A stretch of 64,000 bases of DNA, taken from the IMG/VR virus record IMGVR_UViG_3300045988_121917, positions 1-64,000 of that record; one strand, 5' to 3'. Position 1 is the first letter of the stretch. The number at the start of each line of letters is the position of its first letter. The notes below the pieces were generated by a model. The model saw only the letters and a list, made by a program, of their open reading frames with translations. It was not told the origin of the DNA and did no database searches. The DNA comes from a virus. This document shows positions 39,632-48,939 of the stretch, piece by piece. A program made the position numbers and the translations under genes.

Positions 39632-39880
39632 ATGAATAAATATTTAATTAACAATACATTAGTATTTAGAGTTCCAACAGTAGAAGATGCTTTAGTTTTA
39701 AGAGATGAACTTTCTGAGAATCCTTATGGAGAATTAACAAACTTTAGTTATACAACTAAGTACATCAAAGCTAAAGGTGAGAATATTGAAGAGTATCAGC
39801 TTGTAAAAGCTAAAATTGAATTTACTCCAGAAAAAGATCCAGAGCAGCATATTAATGTTACTTATGAGGAGGGAATCTAA
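39632..39880 (+). CDS. hypothetical protein
   Basis: 82-aa ORF. Confidence 0.4.
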   Translation: MNKYLINNTLVFRVPTVEDALVLRDELSENPYGELTNFSYTTKYIKAKGENIEEYQLVKAKIEFTPEKDPEQHINVTYEEGI

Positions 39881-39881
39881 T

Positions 39882-40478
39882 TTGGCTAAATTTGAGTTAA
39901 TTAAAAAATTTAAAGGCGAAAATGATTTACTTCCTAAAAGAAAAACGGTAGAATCTGCGGGATATGATTTTATTGTAGCAGAAGATACAGTAATTCTTCC
40001 ATATCATTATCATTTTTCAAATCTTTCAAAGAGTGTTTTTGAAGATATGACATCTAAAAAGCTTGAAGAAAAATATCTTGAAAGACCTATGACGCTTGAT
40101 GAAGTTGCTACTTTTACAAAACAAGCTAAAGCAAAACCAACATTAGTTCCAACAGGGGTTAAAGCTAAACTTGATCCTGGCACATACTTAGAACTTTCAG
40201 TTCGTAGTTCTTGTCCGCTTAAATATTGGTTAGTAATGGCCAATAGTGTAGGAATTATAGATGGTGATTATTATAATAATCCAGATAATGAGGGGCATAT
40301 CTTTTTTCAATTAATTAATTTTTCCCCTGTCCCTATTATTTTAAAGAAAGGTGACTGTATTGGTCAAGGTATTATTAAACCTTATTTAAAAACTGAGGAT
40401 GATAATACAGTTGATTTGCGGGAAGGCGGTTTTGGTTCTACAGATGCGGCAAGTCAGCCAGTACTGCAAGAAGCTTAA
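39882..40478 (+). CDS. dut: dUTP diphosphatase (trimeric dUTPase with an insertion)
   Basis: Motifs SAGYDF, RSS and GIIDGDYYNN. Likely TTG start at 39882 after the GAGGAGGG RBS. The track ATG at 39816 lies inside the previous gene. Confidence 0.7.
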   Translation: MAKFELIKKFKGENDLLPKRKTVESAGYDFIVAEDTVILPYHYHFSNLSKSVFEDMTSKKLEEKYLERPMTLDEVATFTKQAKAKPTLVPTGVKAKLDPGTYLELSVRSSCPLKYWLVMANSVGIIDGDYYNNPDNEGHIFFQLINFSPVPIILKKGDCIGQGIIKPYLKTEDDNTVDLREGGFGSTDAASQPVLQEA

Positions 40479-40975
40479 TGAGTCGATTACTCGCATTAGA
40501 CCAAGCAAGCAGAATTTCAGGTTGGGCCTTCTTTAACGAAGGCCAACTTGAAGCTCATGGTAAATTTAATGCTACTCAAGAAGATATTGGGGAAAGACTT
40601 TTTTTTATTAAAAATGAAGTAAATAAACTTATTGAAGAATTTAATATTAATGAAGTAGCTTTTGAAGATATTCAACTTCAAGGAAATGTTACTAATAATG
40701 TTCAAACCTTTAAGGTTTTGGCAGAAGTGTTCGGAGTTATTTATGAATTAGTAACAGAATTAAAGATACCAAATAGTGCAACTTTAGCAAGTGTATGGAA
40801 GTCTGCATTAAATATAAAAGGACGTACTCGTCCTGAGCAGAAAAGAAATGCTCAACAATATGTTCTTGATACATATGGAATAAAAGCTACTCAAGATGAA
40901 TGCGATGCAATTTGTATTGGGACATATATTGTTAATGAAAAAGCAAGAGAAAAGATACATGACTGGTCTGATTAA
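40478..40975 (+). CDS. RuvC-like Holliday junction resolvase
   Basis: LALDQASRISGWAFF and DECDAICIG match the RuvC/YqgF-fold catalytic motifs. Confidence 0.6.
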   Translation: MSRLLALDQASRISGWAFFNEGQLEAHGKFNATQEDIGERLFFIKNEVNKLIEEFNINEVAFEDIQLQGNVTNNVQTFKVLAEVFGVIYELVTELKIPNSATLASVWKSALNIKGRTRPEQKRNAQQYVLDTYGIKATQDECDAICIGTYIVNEKAREKIHDWSD

Positions 40976-41025
40976 AGAAAGTATTTTCTCTTTTTTTTCA
41001 TTTCTTAAAAAGGAGAGAGAAAAAT

Positions 41026-41400
41026 ATGTATACTTTAATTATAAATAATGGCGAATTACAATGCCATATTAAAAGCTTTACAGAAGGCTTAGAATTAAAA
41101 GAATTACCAGATAATTCTGGTAAGAAAGAAACTACAGCGGCTTTATATATTACCACTTATATTTCTGCAGATAATGGTGAAAATATAAATACTTTTGATA
41201 ATATTAGTTTAGTAGATTTTCTTCCATATTTTAAAGTTGATAATTCTATTAAGAATATAACTATTAAAGATGAAGAAAAAATTGTTTTTGAAACTACTAA
41301 ATATACGTCTATCTCAAATGCAAAAGGAGATTATGACCAAACTGCTGAAGTACCAGAATATTATATAGATATTTCTTTTCAAACAAATCCAAGACTTTAA
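41026..41400 (+). CDS. hypothetical protein
   Basis: 124-aa ORF with strong RBS AAAAGGAGAGAG. First gene of the radical-SAM operon. Confidence 0.45.
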   Translation: MYTLIINNGELQCHIKSFTEGLELKELPDNSGKKETTAALYITTYISADNGENINTFDNISLVDFLPYFKVDNSIKNITIKDEEKIVFETTKYTSISNAKGDYDQTAEVPEYYIDISFQTNPRL

Positions 41401-41414
41401 AAAGAGGTGATTGA

Positions 41415-42656
41415 ATGGCAAGAATAGTATATACAGGTCAGCCAATTCAAGCCTCTACTATTAATGACTATTATAATAGATTGGATGCTATTAGAACTTG
41501 GAATGGTAGATATTCTGCTATTTCTAATCGAGGAAGCGTTGGTAGTGGTGTTAGAATAACCAGCGCACAAATTATGAATGAAATTTTTAAAAGTGTTGTA
41601 GATACAAAAAATACTGTTTCATTTGTAAGTGGTGTTTCAATCTTAACTCCTATTGGAGTTAGTCAAGGCACTTCCGCAATTGGAAAAAAATCCATGGCTC
41701 AAATTGAAAAAAGTATTGGAATGATGGAACAAGCTTGTCGAGAATATTTTTCAAGCAATCGTGGAGGCTTTAATAGTTCTAATTATGGTGTTTTTGGTAG
41801 CTTTAGTTCTAATAGATCTGGACATAATGGCGCACATAGAATTTCTAATGATACCAGTTTTAATGTAATTGGTAATAATTCTAATAGAAGTGGTTATAAC
41901 GGTGGCCATAGAAGCGGTTATTTTGCTTCTAATAAAAGTAGTAATAATGCTTCTAATAGAAGAGGTTATAATAATGCTTTTAGAAATGGACATCATAATA
42001 CTTTTAACAGTGGATTTTTTAGTACCAAATGGGCAAGTAATAACGGTTCAGATTTTAGTTCTTTTGGAAGTAATAGTTCTAAATTTTCAGAAGTTCATAA
42101 TGGTAATCATAGTGGATTCAAAACCGGAAAATATCATCATCATTACTCTTATTGGGTATTTAACTGGGCCAGTAGTGGAAGTAAAGACGTTCAATTATCA
42201 GGTAATGCTCTTAAAAGAGGTAACTTCCAGGGCCATAACGGTTCTAAATACTCTGGAAATGGAAAAAATAGCACTAATAGAACTACTGTTAATAATGCTA
42301 AAAGAAGTTCTTTCCAAAAAGGTGGATATACTGCAAATAATAATACTAAATATACAGGACATACAACTGGTTGTTCTGGAAATAACTCTACTAATTTTTC
42401 CAGTGTTGGTACTCAATGCGTAGGAGATAATGCTTCTAATTATTCTGGAAATGCTACTGGATATACAGGTTTCTTTACTTCAAATTGTCCAAGTAATTTT
42501 AGTACAAATGATTCCAGTGTAAATACTTGTCCAAGTAATTTTTCTGGAGTAAATAGCAGTAATTTTAATTCTGTTAATACTGGTAATTTTAGTAATGTCG
42601 ATAAACGATGCTTTGTAGTTCATAGTAGCTATACTGTAGAAGGCGTTGATTTTTAA
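41415..42656 (+). CDS. Ser/Asn/Gly-rich repeat protein with Cys-containing C-terminal repeats, a candidate radical-SAM substrate
   Basis: Globular N-terminus of about 110 aa. Repeats SNRSGHNGAHR, SNRSGYNGGHR and SNRRGYNNAFR. Very many NxS/T triplets. C-terminal NCPSNFS and TCPSNFS repeats with 5 Cys. RBS AAAAGAGG. Confidence 0.55.
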   Translation: MARIVYTGQPIQASTINDYYNRLDAIRTWNGRYSAISNRGSVGSGVRITSAQIMNEIFKSVVDTKNTVSFVSGVSILTPIGVSQGTSAIGKKSMAQIEKSIGMMEQACREYFSSNRGGFNSSNYGVFGSFSSNRSGHNGAHRISNDTSFNVIGNNSNRSGYNGGHRSGYFASNKSSNNASNRRGYNNAFRNGHHNTFNSGFFSTKWASNNGSDFSSFGSNSSKFSEVHNGNHSGFKTGKYHHHYSYWVFNWASSGSKDVQLSGNALKRGNFQGHNGSKYSGNGKNSTNRTTVNNAKRSSFQKGGYTANNNTKYTGHTTGCSGNNSTNFSSVGTQCVGDNASNYSGNATGYTGFFTSNCPSNFSTNDSSVNTCPSNFSGVNSSNFNSVNTGNFSNVDKRCFVVHSSYTVEGVDF

Positions 42657-42686
42657 TATATTTTAAAAGAGTAAAAGGAGCTATTA

Positions 42687-44111
42687 ATGATAGAAAATAA
42701 TGAAAAAATTTATTTTACAAATATAACTTTATTTACTACTGCTTTATGTAATCTTAATTGCGGATATTGTTATATTTGTAAAGATGCTACTGGATGTTTA
42801 AAACAAATAGATGATGATTTGGCTAAAGATTTTGAAAATGGAAGTCAAATTAAACAAGTCTATGATGTTGATCCAGAAGCAGATAAACATATTAAGCATA
42901 TTACTTTATGGGGAGGAGAACCTTTTCTTCATATAGAACGTTTTATAGATCACTTTGAAGAATATACAAAGGCTTTTCCAAACTTTAATGAATTAGATAC
43001 TTCAACAAATTTTACTCTTCCAAACCAAGTTGAATCTTTAAAAAGATTATTTGATACAATTATTAAATATTATCATGGTAATCAAAAATTTCATTTTGAT
43101 CTTCAGGTCTCAATTGATGGGCCTGAAGAGATGAATGATTTGGGAAGAGGTAAAGGAGTTACTCAAAAGTTCTTAAAGAATTTTAGAGATTTATGTGAAT
43201 TAGAATTTGATGATTCTAAAATTGATTTATATGTTCATACTAAACCAACTTTTTCAAAACCTACATTTCATTTTGTAGATACACCAGAAAAAGCATATGA
43301 ATGGTTTGAATTTTTCGATAGAGAAATGTATCAGCCTTATAAGAATAGAAAAACTCGAAAATGGTGTTTCTTACCATGTCTTTTCAATTATGCAACTCCA
43401 GCAGAATGGACAAAAGATGATGGACTTGAAGTGGCAAAGATTTATCGTTCAATCCAAAAGGTAACTCCAAAAATAAAACAATTAGATGGATGGATTCCTA
43501 ATTATGAAACTTATATTCCAAGCGTAGAGTTCTTATTAGGACGATTAAAAGATAATAATTCATTTAATAAGAAAAAATGTTTGGATTGTTCAAAGCCATT
43601 CTGCGGCGGAGGATGCGGTTCATTTTCACATGTAGTAGTTCCTATCCATGATGGAAAATATACTATGTGTCATAGAGGTATGTTTGATGATTATGTAGAT
43701 TATCATAATAATATGAAAGACCATGCTGATATGAATGGACTTGCCGCAAAATATGTTCAGACAAATAATGAATCTGCTTGGATTTATGATAAAGATCAGT
43801 TCTTAAATCTTAAAAAGACTTTTGACAATCTTATCCTATATCCTCATCAAATTTTTTATACAGATTATGTTAAGTTTGTATATGAATATGCAAAAGCAGG
43901 TATCATTGATGAGAAATGGACTGATATGAGTAAAATTGATAAAACGATTGCTATTTTTGTTGATAAATCATGTTGTTTACAAGATTCATATATTATTACT
44001 GGCTCTTGGATAACATCAAATCCATTAGAAATTCCATTGTGGTATAATGGAGCTATGGATGTAGTTGAAGAAGAAATTGACAGAGTAATGGCGGAAAGAG
44101 GTATTGTATGA
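42687..44111 (+). CDS. radical SAM / SPASM-domain enzyme (anSME-like)
   Basis: CNLNCGYC cluster, GGEP motif, anSME-like VSIDGPEEMND, C-terminal Cys cluster CLDCSKPFCGGGCGS...C. RBS AAAAGGAG. Confidence 0.85.
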   Translation: MIENNEKIYFTNITLFTTALCNLNCGYCYICKDATGCLKQIDDDLAKDFENGSQIKQVYDVDPEADKHIKHITLWGGEPFLHIERFIDHFEEYTKAFPNFNELDTSTNFTLPNQVESLKRLFDTIIKYYHGNQKFHFDLQVSIDGPEEMNDLGRGKGVTQKFLKNFRDLCELEFDDSKIDLYVHTKPTFSKPTFHFVDTPEKAYEWFEFFDREMYQPYKNRKTRKWCFLPCLFNYATPAEWTKDDGLEVAKIYRSIQKVTPKIKQLDGWIPNYETYIPSVEFLLGRLKDNNSFNKKKCLDCSKPFCGGGCGSFSHVVVPIHDGKYTMCHRGMFDDYVDYHNNMKDHADMNGLAAKYVQTNNESAWIYDKDQFLNLKKTFDNLILYPHQIFYTDYVKFVYEYAKAGIIDEKWTDMSKIDKTIAIFVDKSCCLQDSYIITGSWITSNPLEIPLWYNGAMDVVEEEIDRVMAERGIV

Positions 44112-45502
44112 CATTTCAAGAACAGCAAGATTTACTTTTAAAAAATTATTTATTCAGATATGATAAAGATGAAAATTCTGTTGAATTTATTATTACATCT
44201 GCATGTAATCAAAAATGTGAGTATTGTTATTTATACAGATATGGCGATGAAATGTATCCTCCAGAAGCCAATAAGAAAGAAAATATTCTTAGAAACTTAG
44301 CTCTATTATTAGATTGGCTTGACGAAAATGATTACCAGTATACAACTTTTGATATTTTTTCAGGTGAGTTTTTTCAAATCCCTTATTGGGAAGATGTTCT
44401 AAATGTTTTTTATGAACATCAAATAAATACTCCTAACGTTCCAAGAAGAGATTTTGTTATTCCTACAAATATGTCTTTTCTTATGGATGATGAAAAAACA
44501 GCAAGAGTTGAATATTGGATGAATAGAGTCAGAGATGATGTAAAACATTTCAATGGCTTTTGGTTAAGTGTTTCTGTAGATGGACCAACAGAGTTAGAAT
44601 CTGTTGAAAGAGGACTTAAAAATGGTCAAATAAAACAAGACAAGTTTTATGATAAACTTTTTAAGTTTATTGCAAAGTATTCTCTTTCTTGTCACCCTAT
44701 GATTACAAGAGAATTTGTAAAGAATTATAAACGTAATTATGACTGGTGGATTGATAATATTATTAAATATAATGTTATCTTTAAGAAAGAAAATGGATGT
44801 GAAGTATATTCAATTCCAATGATGTTAGAGGTCAGAAATGCGGAGCAGTGGGATGAAGAATCTTTAAAGGATTATAGAGATTTCCTTCTTTATGTAGCGG
44901 AAAAAGACTTAAATACGCTTCATAACGGAGATTTAACAGATTTTGCATATCATATGGCAGATAACTTCTCTGATGGGATGATGAATATTGGAAAATATAA
45001 TCATGTACAGCCATACATATTAGCTCTTCCAGAAATACAACATAAATTACCATGTTCAATTCAAGGCGGTTCAATTTTTAGAGTCGGAGATTTAGCAATT
45101 GTACCTTGTCATAGAACTTGTTATCCTGATAAAGTTTATGGTTTTCTTGAATTAAATGAAGATAAAACTAAGATTATTGGAGTTCGTGGAGAAAATCCTA
45201 TGCTTGCATATAAAATTAAGACTCTTAATCAAAATCGTTCTTTTATGAAATGTGCTGGCTGTCCTATTAAAAGCTTTTGTATGAAAGGTTGTCTAGGAGC
45301 GCAATATGAAGATAGAAAAGAACTTTTCTGCGCTATTGATGAAGTATGTGAAATGTTTAAAACTAAATATCGTACTGTTAATGATATAGCTGAAAAATAT
45401 GGCGTTTATGATATTATTTTAAATGATTTGAAAATTCCAAAAGAAAGAAGGGAGTTTATAAAATATGCAAGAGATATTATCAACAGATACTTGTATGACT
45501 AA
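44108..45502 (+). CDS. radical SAM / SPASM-domain enzyme (anSME-like), paralog of the upstream gene
   Basis: CNQKCEYC cluster, VSVDGPTELES, C-terminal CAGCPIKSFCMKGC. ATGA-coupled to the upstream rSAM gene. Confidence 0.85.
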   Translation: MTFQEQQDLLLKNYLFRYDKDENSVEFIITSACNQKCEYCYLYRYGDEMYPPEANKKENILRNLALLLDWLDENDYQYTTFDIFSGEFFQIPYWEDVLNVFYEHQINTPNVPRRDFVIPTNMSFLMDDEKTARVEYWMNRVRDDVKHFNGFWLSVSVDGPTELESVERGLKNGQIKQDKFYDKLFKFIAKYSLSCHPMITREFVKNYKRNYDWWIDNIIKYNVIFKKENGCEVYSIPMMLEVRNAEQWDEESLKDYRDFLLYVAEKDLNTLHNGDLTDFAYHMADNFSDGMMNIGKYNHVQPYILALPEIQHKLPCSIQGGSIFRVGDLAIVPCHRTCYPDKVYGFLELNEDKTKIIGVRGENPMLAYKIKTLNQNRSFMKCAGCPIKSFCMKGCLGAQYEDRKELFCAIDEVCEMFKTKYRTVNDIAEKYGVYDIILNDLKIPKERREFIKYARDIINRYLYD

Positions 45503-46142
45503 TGAAGTTTCTATTTTCGATTTAGCTCAAGACATTATGTTTAAAAAACAATTCGCATTAATAGATGAGTTAGATTTTAGATTAGGTAAGATAAATACGA
45601 CTGATGATGTAATTGAATCAGCCAGATTGAAAATTTATTATATCTATTATTTTATGCTTGATAATAATGAAAAAGAGTATTTTACTCATATAAAAAACTT
45701 TATCATTTTGTCTAATAATGATTTAATTAAACGAATTAAAAATACTACTGTTGAAGGTTTTTTTGATGAAGGTAAAAATACGATTGAAGAAATATACTTG
45801 AATAAATTGTTTTTAGTTCTATTAAAAGAATATGCTCCAGAGTTAAAATATACAGATTATAAAGATGACGTTTTATCTAATATGAATAAGTATATTTATC
45901 TTTTAAATGCAACTTATTTTGATGATTTCAGCTTATTTCAAGATAATGTCTTATATGGAATTTGCATTGGAAATTCTGTAGTTGATTATAAAAAATTCTT
46001 AACGGCTGCAGAGTGGGATAGATTCCAATATAGCATTTATTATTTATTTTATGGTATTAAAGAATTTCCAACAGACAATGAAATATTAGATATTGAAAAT
46101 CGTATTGAGAGTAAGGTAGACCTTCTTTATGTAAAAGAATAA
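45465..46142 (+). CDS. hypothetical protein
   Basis: 225-aa ORF with RBS AAGGGAG. Overlaps the rSAM stop by 38 nt. The start could instead be 45496. Confidence 0.45.
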   Translation: MQEILSTDTCMTNEVSIFDLAQDIMFKKQFALIDELDFRLGKINTTDDVIESARLKIYYIYYFMLDNNEKEYFTHIKNFIILSNNDLIKRIKNTTVEGFFDEGKNTIEEIYLNKLFLVLLKEYAPELKYTDYKDDVLSNMNKYIYLLNATYFDDFSLFQDNVLYGICIGNSVVDYKKFLTAAEWDRFQYSIYYLFYGIKEFPTDNEILDIENRIESKVDLLYVKE

Positions 46143-46171
46143 AGAAGTAAAGAGTAAAAGGAGTATAGTAA

Positions 46172-46963
46172 ATGATTTTTATATTGCCATCTATTTATTA
46201 TAATTTTGAAGATAATGTTAATATTTTAGATATGTATAGCAATACAGTAAAAATCAAAGGCATCGAAGGCAATTTCCCATCTAACATTATGTGTGGTGGG
46301 ATTAATGCCTTAGACACCAGATATTTTGCACTGTATGATGATATTGTGGGTTGCGTAAATAGTTATTCAATACCATCTAAAATGTTATTTGTTGACTGCG
46401 GCAACCTCTTCCTTAATGAAAAAGAATATCTAAATCGTTTTGATAAGATATTATTTGAAGAATGGGAAAATAATGATTCTGCATATTATGAAATTGCAGA
46501 TTTTAATTTGATTGATTATGTAGTGAAACGTTATCCTAATATTCAAATTGCATTACATCAAAATGCTTTATTGAGATATAATTTAAAAGAGATTCAAGAT
46601 AAGATTGATAATTGTAAAAATATTAAATATATAATCTTACCAAGACGTTATGCTCATTTAAAAGTAAAAGGCGTACAAAAGATTTACTTAATGAGTTTTA
46701 CAAAGTGTAGAGATTGTGTAAATTATTGCGATTGTTTATCTGAAGAATCTCATTATATACTTGAATATAGTGGTCATTCTACTTTTAGAAAATGTACTAA
46801 AAGATTTTATAAAGACGATAATGAATTCTTTGAAGAATATAGAAATATTCCAAAAGATTTCTCATATGTTCTGTTTGATGACATCATTCCAGAAGATGCA
46901 AATGAAAGCTATACATTAATAATTAATTTATTTGAGAGAGGGCTTAAAAATGATTTATTATAA
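46172..46963 (+). CDS. hypothetical Cys-rich protein
   Basis: 263 aa, RBS AAAGGAG. Cys cluster CRDCVNYCDC. N-terminal IYYNF motif shared with the next gene. Confidence 0.5.
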   Translation: MIFILPSIYYNFEDNVNILDMYSNTVKIKGIEGNFPSNIMCGGINALDTRYFALYDDIVGCVNSYSIPSKMLFVDCGNLFLNEKEYLNRFDKILFEEWENNDSAYYEIADFNLIDYVVKRYPNIQIALHQNALLRYNLKEIQDKIDNCKNIKYIILPRRYAHLKVKGVQKIYLMSFTKCRDCVNYCDCLSEESHYILEYSGHSTFRKCTKRFYKDDNEFFEEYRNIPKDFSYVLFDDIIPEDANESYTLIINLFERGLKNDLL

Positions 46964-47948
46964 TTTATCCGGATTTTACGAACATTTTACTTTAAATAAA
47001 TTTATTTTGGAATTGCGTGATACTAATCCTGAATACTTCAGAGACGGAATTAAAATTGGAACCTTCTTTGGTAACTTTCCATTTTGCACTTGGGACGGCG
47101 GAAGAAACTTTCCATTTTATCGCCAGGTCACAAAAGAAGAGATTGAAAAAATTAGAGACTTTTATAAGTTCTATAATATTCCTCTGAGATTAATTTTTAC
47201 TAATTCCGCAATTGAGGAAGAGGATTTATATGATCCATTCTGTAATCTTCAAATGAAATTGCTTGAAGATGGCAATAATGAGGTTGTTGTAAATTCTCCT
47301 CTTTTGGAGCAATATTTAAGAGAGACATATCCAGATTTTAAATATATTAGTTCTACAACTAAATGTTTAAATAAAGAAAAATTCCTTAAAGAACTTCAAA
47401 ATCCAGATTATTATCAAGTTTGTTTAGATTATAATTTGAATAAAGATATGGATATGCTTGAGAATATTCCTCAAGAATTACGAGGTAAATGTGAATTTTT
47501 ATCAAATGCAATTTGTCATAGCCATTGTCCTATTAGAAAATCACATTATCTCGATACAAGTAAAACTAACTTGACATATGGTAAACATAAATACAGTATC
47601 ACTGCAAAATGTCAAATTCATGGTGGTATTAATGACCCTGATACTCTTGGAAAACAGAATAATTTAACTTGGGAAGATATCCAAAAGTACAATAGTATGG
47701 GATATAAATACTTTAAATTTGAAGGAAGAACATTGCCGAGCGCAGATATTTTTTCTAATTATCTATATTATTTATTTAAACCAGAATATATTCCAATTAT
47801 TGTAAGTAAATCTTCATATGTACCAGGAATATTCTTTAATAATCCAAATTCTCAGTTCTATTTAGATATGGTAAAAAGAACTGATGCTTCATTAGATGCT
47901 GATAATGGTGTATATGCAGATGAATGCGTAATGAGTTGGCCATTCTAA
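46950..47948 (+). CDS. hypothetical Cys-rich protein, distant paralog of the upstream gene
   Basis: ATG at 46950 (MIYYNLSGFY) after a GAGAGAGGG RBS. Cys cluster CEFLSNAICHSHC. The track TTG at 46932 is unlikely to be the start. Confidence 0.5.
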   Translation: MIYYNLSGFYEHFTLNKFILELRDTNPEYFRDGIKIGTFFGNFPFCTWDGGRNFPFYRQVTKEEIEKIRDFYKFYNIPLRLIFTNSAIEEEDLYDPFCNLQMKLLEDGNNEVVVNSPLLEQYLRETYPDFKYISSTTKCLNKEKFLKELQNPDYYQVCLDYNLNKDMDMLENIPQELRGKCEFLSNAICHSHCPIRKSHYLDTSKTNLTYGKHKYSITAKCQIHGGINDPDTLGKQNNLTWEDIQKYNSMGYKYFKFEGRTLPSADIFSNYLYYLFKPEYIPIIVSKSSYVPGIFFNNPNSQFYLDMVKRTDASLDADNGVYADECVMSWPF

Positions 47949-48017
47949 TAGAATTAACTCTTCTTGTTTTTTAAAATCTGTAGAGAGAAAGTTTAAAAAT
48001 GAGGAGGGTTTTTAACT

Positions 48018-48602
48018 ATGCTGGAAACAATTGGATCAATTGTCTTAAAGTATTGGGTTGAATTTATTTTAGGCTTAATTGTAGCTGGCGGCGGTTTTTT
48101 AATAAAACGTTATTTAAGACTTGAAAAAGAAGAGCGCCAAAGAGATCAAAAAGAATATTTTGATAATGTGCTTAAAAAAATTCAAAGTGAAAATCAACAG
48201 ATATTAAAATCTTTAGAAAAAGAACATGATAAGATGGATCAAAATTCTGAAGATAAATATAATGAAATTAATACCAAGGTTGATAAAGCTTTAGAAGCAG
48301 GTAGAGAAGAATCTAAAGCAGATGATGCCGTTCTTGAAAAAGAAATTTCTGCGATGAAAAAAAATATTACAGCTTTAACCGCAGGCGTTTTATCAATGCA
48401 AGGAAAAGAATTTATAAATAATTGTAGAAAACTTTTAGCTGAAGATCATATTATTACTCTTGATGAATGGGAAGAATTAGATGCAGACCATACAGCCTAT
48501 AACGGATTAGGTGGTAATCATAAAGGTGACCATTTATTTTCATTAGTAAAAAAGAAAGTCGAAGCTGGATTTGCAGAAGACCAACGTCCAAAAGAAAAAT
48601 AA
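48018..48602 (+). CDS. membrane-anchored coiled-coil protein
   Basis: N-terminal TM helix then K/E-rich coiled coil. RBS GAGGAGGG. Last gene before the bidirectional terminator. Confidence 0.5.
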   Translation: MLETIGSIVLKYWVEFILGLIVAGGGFLIKRYLRLEKEERQRDQKEYFDNVLKKIQSENQQILKSLEKEHDKMDQNSEDKYNEINTKVDKALEAGREESKADDAVLEKEISAMKKNITALTAGVLSMQGKEFINNCRKLLAEDHIITLDEWEELDADHTAYNGLGGNHKGDHLFSLVKKKVEAGFAEDQRPKEK

Positions 48603-48646
48603 AAAAGAGGGGATAGAATTTAATTCTATCCCCTATTATTTTTTAT
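48601..48646. terminator. bidirectional rho-independent terminator
   Basis: A-run, then AGGGGATAGAATTTAATTCTATCCCCT hairpin, then T-run. Lies between convergent + and - gene blocks. Confidence 0.85.
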
Positions 48647-48934
48647 CTTAGAAAAAATCTTATTAGTTATATCAATTATCTCTTGTCCATAAGTAGCGAG
48701 TAAATCGGATAATAACTCCTCTTGGTCATAAGTTAATTGAATATCATAACTAAACATTGCGGCGTGTGTTATTTCGTGGCATAAAACTTGTTTAACTTTT
48801 GCGAGAGAAAGTTTATTATTAATATAGATTTTCTTTGTATCATCAACGCAGGCTCCAAGAGTATAAGAGCCATCTTTCTTTTTAAGTATTGGGTTATATT
48901 GGGGATACAAAGACGACTCGCCAATTATCCCCAT
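48626..48934 (-). CDS. small HExxH-motif protein, putative metallopeptidase-like
   Basis: 102 aa with HEITHA. Confidence 0.4.
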   Translation of the reverse strand: MGIIGESSLYPQYNPILKKKDGSYTLGACVDDTKKIYINNKLSLAKVKQVLCHEITHAAMFSYDIQLTYDQEELLSDLLATYGQEIIDITNKIFSKIKNNRG

Positions 48935-48939
48935 TAATT

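Noticed and set aside
41751-42423. Three overlapping ORFs on both strands inside the Ser/Asn-rich gene
   Set aside because: Low-complexity sequence yields open frames in several phases. Only the + frame at 41415 has an RBS and sensible operon context.
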